DNA from: Crocinitomicaceae bacterium
Lineage (GTDB): Bacteria > Bacteroidota > Bacteroidia > Flavobacteriales_D > Crocinitomicaceae
Length of the DNA: 64,000 bases
Direction of reading: 5' to 3'
NCBI GenBank assembly: GCA_024643545.1
Contig: JAHEMR010000005.1
Span: forward strand, 173,025 to 237,024
In this document: positions 58,546 to 64,000 of the stretch, in pieces
How positions within the stretch are numbered: the first letter of the stretch is position 1
How the letters are laid out: each line of letters starts with the position of its first letter
Notes under the pieces: model-generated
The model's input: only the letters and a program-made list of their open reading frames with translations
Databases searched by the model: none
Told to the model about the DNA's origin: nothing
Program-made: the position numbers and the translations under genes

Positions 58546-61206
58546 ATGAAAACATTTCTCCGTATTTCTGTTAAATGGATTTTAATTCCACTATTCAGCA
58601 TTTGCATGCTGATTTCGGGCCTTGTTTTTTTCTTCAAAGACCGTATTTGTGGATTGGTTTTAACCGAAGTCAATACCTATTTGAAAGTCCCCCTTCATGT
58701 TTCAGATATGGATTTGGTTTTTTGGTCCTCGTTCCCAAATCTATCCGTGGATTTAAATCATTTATACATTAAAGAATCTTTTCCGAATGCGCAGGCCTCT
58801 GATACGTTATTTTACACAGAACAAGCACGATTAACCTTTAATCCATGGGATATATATCAGGGAAAATACCACGTGAAACAGCTACGTGTGAACCCTGGTA
58901 AATTGGCCATTCGCTACGATGCACAGGGCAAAGAGAATTTCGACATCCTTAAACCGAGTCCAAGTTCAACCAAAACTGACTTTAACCTATCATTGAAAGA
59001 ACTTAAGATCCGTGGACTTCGATGTGTGTATGAAAACGCCTCCTCCAAACAATACCTTTCAACGACGTTTGTGGACACCCGCATAAAAGGCGACTTTTCA
59101 GCTGAAGCATTTGTGGCAACAGCCATTGGAAAAATGAAATTAGGACATTTAAAAAGCGGTGAAATCACATTACTACGTAATAAAAATGCGGAGTTTGATT
59201 TGGCATTGGATGTCAATCAACTGAAGGGAATATTCGCCCTTAAAAATGCGGATTTGAACATCGAACATTTACCGTTTTCCGTCAAGGGAAATGTTAGTCC
59301 GGACAGTCTTCAATTTACTGTTGATTCAGAAAACATTCAATTGACACAACTCGTAAATGAATTCTCACTAGACGCTGCGGAAGATGTAAAAACATTCAAA
59401 GGAAGTGGAAAAGTAGCTTTTCACTTGGAATTAGCAGGTGCATTGTCCGCAGTGGAGCCCATTGGGATCAATGCTGATTTTGGCATTCAAAATGGGGAAT
59501 TAACTGAGCCCGATTATGGATTAAAGATCCAGGACATTCAATTAACCGGTAAGTACAGTAACAGGGTAGAAGGCGGTGAATGTATTTCCATGAAAAATGT
59601 GCGCTTTCGCACAGCTGGCGGACCCTTTTCAGGAGAAGTGGAACTTCGGGAATTTGATCGACCGAAGGTAGTTGGATCTGCCAAAGGCAATGTTGATTTA
59701 GCCTTGATTCATTCCATTTTTCATTTACCTTCCATTGATGAGGTGAAAGGCAATTTGGGCATTCAAACGCATTTTAAATTAGCAACGAATGTTTCGGGTG
59801 AATTGGCGGTTGATGAATGCAGTGGACAACTCGAATTAAAAAATATTTCCCTAAAATTAAAGGAGGATAAACGTCGATTTAGCGCGATAAATGGACGGTT
59901 ATTTCTACGTGGAAATGCTGCTGGAATCGAAAACACCTCGCTTCAACTAGGCTCAAGTGATGTAAAACTCAACGGGATTTTTGAAAATATTTTTCCATAC
60001 ATCAATGGGAAAGGCGATTTAAAAACAAGTGTCTTGCTAGAAAGCAAGAACGTGTGCATTGAAGACCTTGGCTCAACAAGTAAAGAAATGAAAATTGAAG
60101 CGGAACAGGTGTATTCCTTGCCCGATAACATTCAAGGGGAAATCAATTTACAAATTGAAAAATTACGCTATGGTAAGCACGAATTCGCGCACCTTGTTAG
60201 TAAAATGAACATAGAACACCGTCGCTTACATTTCCCCCAAATGAGTTTGGTCAACGCAGAAGCCCTATTGAGTGGCGCATTAATTATCGAGGAAAAGGAA
60301 CCAGAAAAATTTATCCTCACTACCCAGATTGCAGGTAAAAACCTAAAATTCAAAGCGCTATTTAATGAATGGGAGAATTTTGGTCAATCAGTCATACAAG
60401 AGCAGCATATTTCTGGTCGCGCTGAAACAAATGTATTCTTTCGTGCTCCATTTACATTAGCGAAAGGAATTACATACGCTGGAATTGAAGCAAAAATTGA
60501 TTTGAAAGTGTATAATGGACATTTAAAAAATGTTCCATCTTTTAAAGACATAACCGAAAGTTTAAAAACGAAGTCCGGAAAATTAGTGCTGGGAAAAGAA
60601 AGCATTCAGCAACTCGAAGACAAATTGAAAGATGTGGATTTTCAGACGATGGAAAACAGCATCTTTATTAGAAATGGACTAGTGGAAATTCCAAAAATGA
60701 CCATTCGCTCCACCGCATTGGACATGGATCTTTCTGGTCGACATTCCTTCAATGATGAAATTGATTATCGTTTTGCCTTTCGTTTCAGGGACTTAAAAGC
60801 GACAAAGAGTCAAACAGAATTTGGACAAGTGATCGATGATGGAACAGGAATTCGTTTATTTCTTCGCATGCATGGAACCTTGGACAAACCGATTTATGAA
60901 TGGGATACTGAAGGACGCAAAGCGCAGGCGAAAGAATCCCGGCAGGAAGAGAAAAGTCAAGCGAAATCCATGTTGAAAGCAGAATTCGGATTTTTTCAAA
61001 AGGATTCAACCGTAAAATCTTTTGTGCCAAAGGATGTTCCGAAGGAAGACTTGAAAATCAAATTTGGTCCTGCGAGTAAACAAGAATTCATGGAAGAAAA
61101 AAAGCAGACGAAGGATTCAAAATTGAAAAAGACCTTGAATTCTTGGAAGGAACAACAGGAAAAAGGACAACAATCCAACGTAAAACTTGGTCCTGGTGGA
61201 GGTTAA
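58546..61206 (+). CDS. AsmA-family protein
   Basis: 886 aa with one N-terminal TM helix, a long beta-rich repetitive body, and a Lys/Glu-rich tail. The assignment rests on architecture rather than a sharp motif. Confidence 0.6.
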   Translation: MKTFLRISVKWILIPLFSICMLISGLVFFFKDRICGLVLTEVNTYLKVPLHVSDMDLVFWSSFPNLSVDLNHLYIKESFPNAQASDTLFYTEQARLTFNPWDIYQGKYHVKQLRVNPGKLAIRYDAQGKENFDILKPSPSSTKTDFNLSLKELKIRGLRCVYENASSKQYLSTTFVDTRIKGDFSAEAFVATAIGKMKLGHLKSGEITLLRNKNAEFDLALDVNQLKGIFALKNADLNIEHLPFSVKGNVSPDSLQFTVDSENIQLTQLVNEFSLDAAEDVKTFKGSGKVAFHLELAGALSAVEPIGINADFGIQNGELTEPDYGLKIQDIQLTGKYSNRVEGGECISMKNVRFRTAGGPFSGEVELREFDRPKVVGSAKGNVDLALIHSIFHLPSIDEVKGNLGIQTHFKLATNVSGELAVDECSGQLELKNISLKLKEDKRRFSAINGRLFLRGNAAGIENTSLQLGSSDVKLNGIFENIFPYINGKGDLKTSVLLESKNVCIEDLGSTSKEMKIEAEQVYSLPDNIQGEINLQIEKLRYGKHEFAHLVSKMNIEHRRLHFPQMSLVNAEALLSGALIIEEKEPEKFILTTQIAGKNLKFKALFNEWENFGQSVIQEQHISGRAETNVFFRAPFTLAKGITYAGIEAKIDLKVYNGHLKNVPSFKDITESLKTKSGKLVLGKESIQQLEDKLKDVDFQTMENSIFIRNGLVEIPKMTIRSTALDMDLSGRHSFNDEIDYRFAFRFRDLKATKSQTEFGQVIDDGTGIRLFLRMHGTLDKPIYEWDTEGRKAQAKESRQEEKSQAKSMLKAEFGFFQKDSTVKSFVPKDVPKEDLKIKFGPASKQEFMEEKKQTKDSKLKKTLNSWKEQQEKGQQSNVKLGPGGG

Positions 61207-61748
61207 TGCGCGCCTTTTTTTAAAATTTCCGTAGTCGAATACCCTTGAACTAAATCAATGGTTTCAACTTTTCCGCCATTTTTACGAACGACATCGGAAC
61301 CGACAATGTAGGTTTTTTGAGATGGATCCATTTCGTTTTTATCGTAATCAGCTCCTTTGACCAATACATCAGGATTTAGGGCCGATATTAGCTCAAGTGG
61401 AGTATCTTCATTGAAAAAAACGACTAAATCCACGAATCCCAGCGCAGCAATCAGGGTTGCGCGAGCATCATTTGGATTAATTGGACGGTTTGGTGCTTTT
61501 CCAAGTCTTCGAACAGATTCATCTGTGTTGATTCCTACGATGAGGTGCTTGCCTAAATCAGCCGCTGCGGCTAAATAACGCACATGTCCGAGGTGCAAGA
61601 CATCAAAACAACCATTTGTAAAAACGAGGGCTTCGTTTTTTACTTTGTAAAGGGCGATGCGTTTTTGTGCTTCTTCAATCGAAACAATTTTACTTTGAAT
61701 GTACGCCAATCTTGCCATGTGATTTTTTCGGAAAGGTAGTGGTTTCAA
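61203..61748 (-). CDS. D-glycero-beta-D-manno-heptose 1-phosphate adenylyltransferase-like cytidylyltransferase (RfaE domain II only)
   Basis: It has VFTNGCFDVLHLGHVRYL and the remainder of the nucleotidyltransferase fold. The start may be Met11 (61718). Confidence 0.85.
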   Translation of the reverse strand: MKPLPFRKNHMARLAYIQSKIVSIEEAQKRIALYKVKNEALVFTNGCFDVLHLGHVRYLAAAADLGKHLIVGINTDESVRRLGKAPNRPINPNDARATLIAALGFVDLVVFFNEDTPLELISALNPDVLVKGADYDKNEMDPSQKTYIVGSDVVRKNGGKVETIDLVQGYSTTEILKKGAH

Positions 61749-61766
61749 GAAATGAAACCAAGAAAA

Positions 61767-62117
61767 TTAGTCCAACAAATTGGTGGATTCATTTGGAAAC
61801 ACCAACGATGGCTTGAATGTTTTCGCTTCTTCAAAATCTAAATAAGCATAGCCAATGATGATGATGATGTCGTCAACAGCAACTCTGCGTGCAGCAGGTC
61901 CATTTAAACAAATCATTCCTGACAAACGATCTCCTTTGATTACGTAGGTCTCGAAACGTTCGCCGTTATTGATGTTGACAATTTGAACACGTTCACCTTC
62001 AATCAAATTAGCAGCTTCCATTAATGCCTCATCAATGGTAATACTACCGATGTAGTTCAGGTCAGCCTGTGTGACACGAACGCGGTGAATTTTAGATTTT
62101 AGAGCTTGAATTAACAT
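61767..62117 (-). CDS. panD: aspartate 1-decarboxylase
   Basis: 116 aa with [12 protein letters not shown] and the self-processing site YIGSITID. Confidence 0.95.
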   Translation of the reverse strand: MLIQALKSKIHRVRVTQADLNYIGSITIDEALMEAANLIEGERVQIVNINNGERFETYVIKGDRLSGMICLNGPAARRVAVDDIIIIIGYAYLDFEEAKTFKPSLVFPNESTNLLD

Positions 62118-62131
62118 AATATTTTCCGCGG

Positions 62132-62139
62132 CAAAAATA
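62132..62139 (-). promoter_or_regulatory. candidate -7 box (TAttTTTG) for panD
   Basis: The minus strand reads TATTTTTG, 14 nt upstream of the panD ATG, within the panC-panD spacer. Confidence 0.4.
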
Positions 62140-62154
62140 AATCAAATAAACGGA

Positions 62155-62997
62155 TTAGAATAATAAATTGTCAATGAGACGCACACTTCCGCAATGAGCA
62201 GCGATGCAGCAAATTTGCTTTTCTTGCCATTCACTTAGTTCACAAAGTGTTTCGGGATCTACAATGGCGAGGTATTCAAGTGCCAAATCACTGGTGCTAA
62301 ATAGTGTTCTTGCAGCCATGATTGTTTCTTCGATGGATCGTTGGTTTTTCGCCGCCTCAACGTAGCGTAATGTTTCGATGATTATTAACGCATCTTGCAA
62401 CTCTTTTTCGTTCAATCGCATGTTTCGACTGCTCATGGCAAGTCCACTTGCTTCACGTATGGTTGGACAGGCGATAATCCTTGTTTTGAAGCCGTAATAA
62501 CGGGTCAAAAGTCGAATAATAGCCAATTGTTGGAAGTCTTTTTGTCCAAAATAGGCTTGATTTGCATCCACCAAACGAAAAAGATTGTGCACAACATGAA
62601 CAACTCCTTCAAAATGTCCGGGGCGAAAAGCACCCTCCAAAACACGTCCAATCGACCCAAGTTCCATGGGAACAAACCCATCGTTTTTTGGATAAAGTTC
62701 GGCTTCGGTTGGCGCAAAAACAACACAATGTTGCAAGCCTTCCAAAAGCATCAAATCTGCCTCAAGCGTTCGTGGATATTGCTTTAAGTCCTCGCTGTTG
62801 TTGAATTGTTTGGGATTCACAAAAATACTGATGAGGGTATAATCATTTTCCTCAGCCGACTTTTTTATGAGGCTAATATGTCCATTATGCAGCGCACCCA
62901 TTGTTGGAACAAAGCCAAGTGATTGGGAGTTTTCGTTTAGCTTTTGGCGAAACTGATGCAGCGCTTCTGCGGTATGAATGACCTGAACTTTAGACAT
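62155..62997 (-). CDS. panC: pantoate--beta-alanine ligase
   Basis: 280 aa with VPTMGALHNGH and FGQKDFQQ. Confidence 0.95.
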   Translation of the reverse strand: MSKVQVIHTAEALHQFRQKLNENSQSLGFVPTMGALHNGHISLIKKSAEENDYTLISIFVNPKQFNNSEDLKQYPRTLEADLMLLEGLQHCVVFAPTEAELYPKNDGFVPMELGSIGRVLEGAFRPGHFEGVVHVVHNLFRLVDANQAYFGQKDFQQLAIIRLLTRYYGFKTRIIACPTIREASGLAMSSRNMRLNEKELQDALIIIETLRYVEAAKNQRSIEETIMAARTLFSTSDLALEYLAIVDPETLCELSEWQEKQICCIAAHCGSVRLIDNLLF

Positions 62998-63017
62998 AGG
63001 TTTGAAAGAATCGTCGA

Positions 63018-63025
63018 CAAAGCTA
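63018..63025 (-). promoter_or_regulatory. candidate -7 box (TAgcTTTG) for panC
   Basis: The minus strand reads TAGCTTTG, 20 nt upstream of the panC ATG. Confidence 0.45.
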
Positions 63026-63056
63026 TTGCTTTTTATGAAAGTTCATTTAAATTTCT

Positions 63057-63064
63057 TAATTTTG
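63057..63064 (+). promoter_or_regulatory. candidate -7 box (TAatTTTG) for the glycogen-synthase-like gene
   Basis: TAATTTTG lies 18 nt upstream of the ATG at 63083. Confidence 0.45.
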
Positions 63065-63082
63065 TACTCCTATCACTACTGA

Positions 63083-63904
63083 ATGGAAAAGAAAAAAATC
63101 CTGTTTATTTCGCAAGAAATCTTCCCTTTTTTACCGAAATCCGATATTTCATCGACAGCGCGCAGATTACCGCCACTTGTTCAAGATCTTGGAAAAGAAA
63201 TTCGTGTATTTACACCTCGTTTTGGTGCAATCAACGAAAGAAGACACCAATTGCATGAAGTTATTCGTCTATCTGGACTAAATATTTGCATCGATGACCA
63301 CGACCACCCACTGATTATCAAAGTGGCTTCCGTTGCGGCAGCAAGAATGCAGGTATATTTCATAGACAATGATGACTATTTCAAGCGCAAAACAACCTTG
63401 CAAGACGATAAAGGCAACTGTTTTCCAGACAATGACGAACGATCTATGTTCTTCTCTCGAGGAGTTTTGGAAACCGTTAAGAAATTAGGCTGGCAACCAG
63501 ACGTCATTCATTGCCATGGCTGGATGACTGGAATCATGGCCTTGTACATCAAACATGTGTACAACAAGGATCCACACTTCAAGGACACCAAAGTTGTAAT
63601 CAGTTTATACAACGATGATTTTGCATCCACTTGGGATAAGCGTTTCCACGAAAAATTAACATTTGACGGATTCCCTCAGGAAATCACAAGCAAATTGGTG
63701 GATCCAACACATGAAAACATCATGCGGGTATTTGCTGAACATGCAGATGGAATCAACATTGCAAGTGAAAACTTGGCGCCTAATTTGAAAGCAATTTTTG
63801 ATGAATCTACAACCCTTAAATTGGATTATGTGGCAGAAGAAAATCAAGGAAAAGAACTTTCAGCCTTCTTCGATAAGGTAATGGAAGAATCAGTTATGGC
63901 TTAA
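63083..63904 (+). CDS. short glycogen/starch-synthase-like protein (N-terminal GT5 Rossmann half only)
   Basis: 273 aa with KILFISQEIFPFLP, FTPRFGAINERRHQLHEVIRLSG and CHGWMTG. The C-terminal GT-B half is absent. Confidence 0.8.
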   Translation: MEKKKILFISQEIFPFLPKSDISSTARRLPPLVQDLGKEIRVFTPRFGAINERRHQLHEVIRLSGLNICIDDHDHPLIIKVASVAAARMQVYFIDNDDYFKRKTTLQDDKGNCFPDNDERSMFFSRGVLETVKKLGWQPDVIHCHGWMTGIMALYIKHVYNKDPHFKDTKVVISLYNDDFASTWDKRFHEKLTFDGFPQEITSKLVDPTHENIMRVFAEHADGINIASENLAPNLKAIFDESTTLKLDYVAEENQGKELSAFFDKVMEESVMA

Positions 63905-63926
63905 CTTCAATTTACGCGCATTCAAC

Positions 63927-64000
63927 ATGAGAAGACTTTCATCCATTGTACTGGTACTGCTCATTTTCTTCGTTTCTTGCCAAAAGAATAAGCATGAAAT
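63927..64000 (+). CDS. lipoprotein, 5' fragment (possibly DUF4270-like; runs off the window)
   Basis: Manual translation gives MRRLSSIVLVLLIFFVSCQKNKHE, a signal peptide with a lipobox Cys. The family guess rests only on the usual neighbourhood after the glycogen-synthase-like gene. Confidence 0.45.
   Translation, partial: MRRLSSIVLVLLIFFVSCQKNKHE

Overview
This is a dense, mostly housekeeping chromosomal segment with about 60 CDS on both strands and short or overlapping spacers. It comes from a Bacteroidota bacterium, probably Flavobacteriia- or Cytophagia-like. The sequence supports that assignment in several ways. Five proteins carry T9SS C-terminal sorting domains. The Bacteroidota -7 promoter box TAnnTTTG sits 4-25 nt upstream of about 20 start codons. 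No Shine-Dalgarno sequences are seen. There is a b558-type sdhCAB operon, a long-form IspG, and a short glycogen-synthase-like gene next to panCD. Recognisable genes are sdhCAB, ispD, mreB, purH, nrdAB, lepA, hflX, rnr, rpoN, hemD, ispG, udk, hemW, mutS, lysS and panCD, plus several envelope and redox proteins. I found no rRNA, tRNA, CRISPR array, transposase, integrase, phage gene or recognisable defence gene, so I treat this as an ordinary core region rather than an accessory island. The items most worth a second look are these: (1) an ECF sigma factor coupled to a membrane-anchored partner whose only outer domain is a T9SS type-B sorting domain; (2) a tight TlpA / outer-membrane beta-barrel / CxxC-lipoprotein cluster directly upstream of rpoN; (3) a T9SS-exported protein with a canonical WCGPC thioredoxin site and high-expression codon usage; (4) an RluA pseudouridine synthase with a 340-aa N-terminal extension that looks like a split deaminase fold; (5) a perfect 43-bp direct repeat that duplicates the 3' end of nrdA; (6) a udk gene coupled to an orphan 1192-aa multi-TM histidine kinase. 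All family names come from motif recognition by eye and no searches were run. Many ORF-track starts are TTG or GTG, and I moved several to downstream ATGs where a -7 box or N-terminal homology logic supports it.
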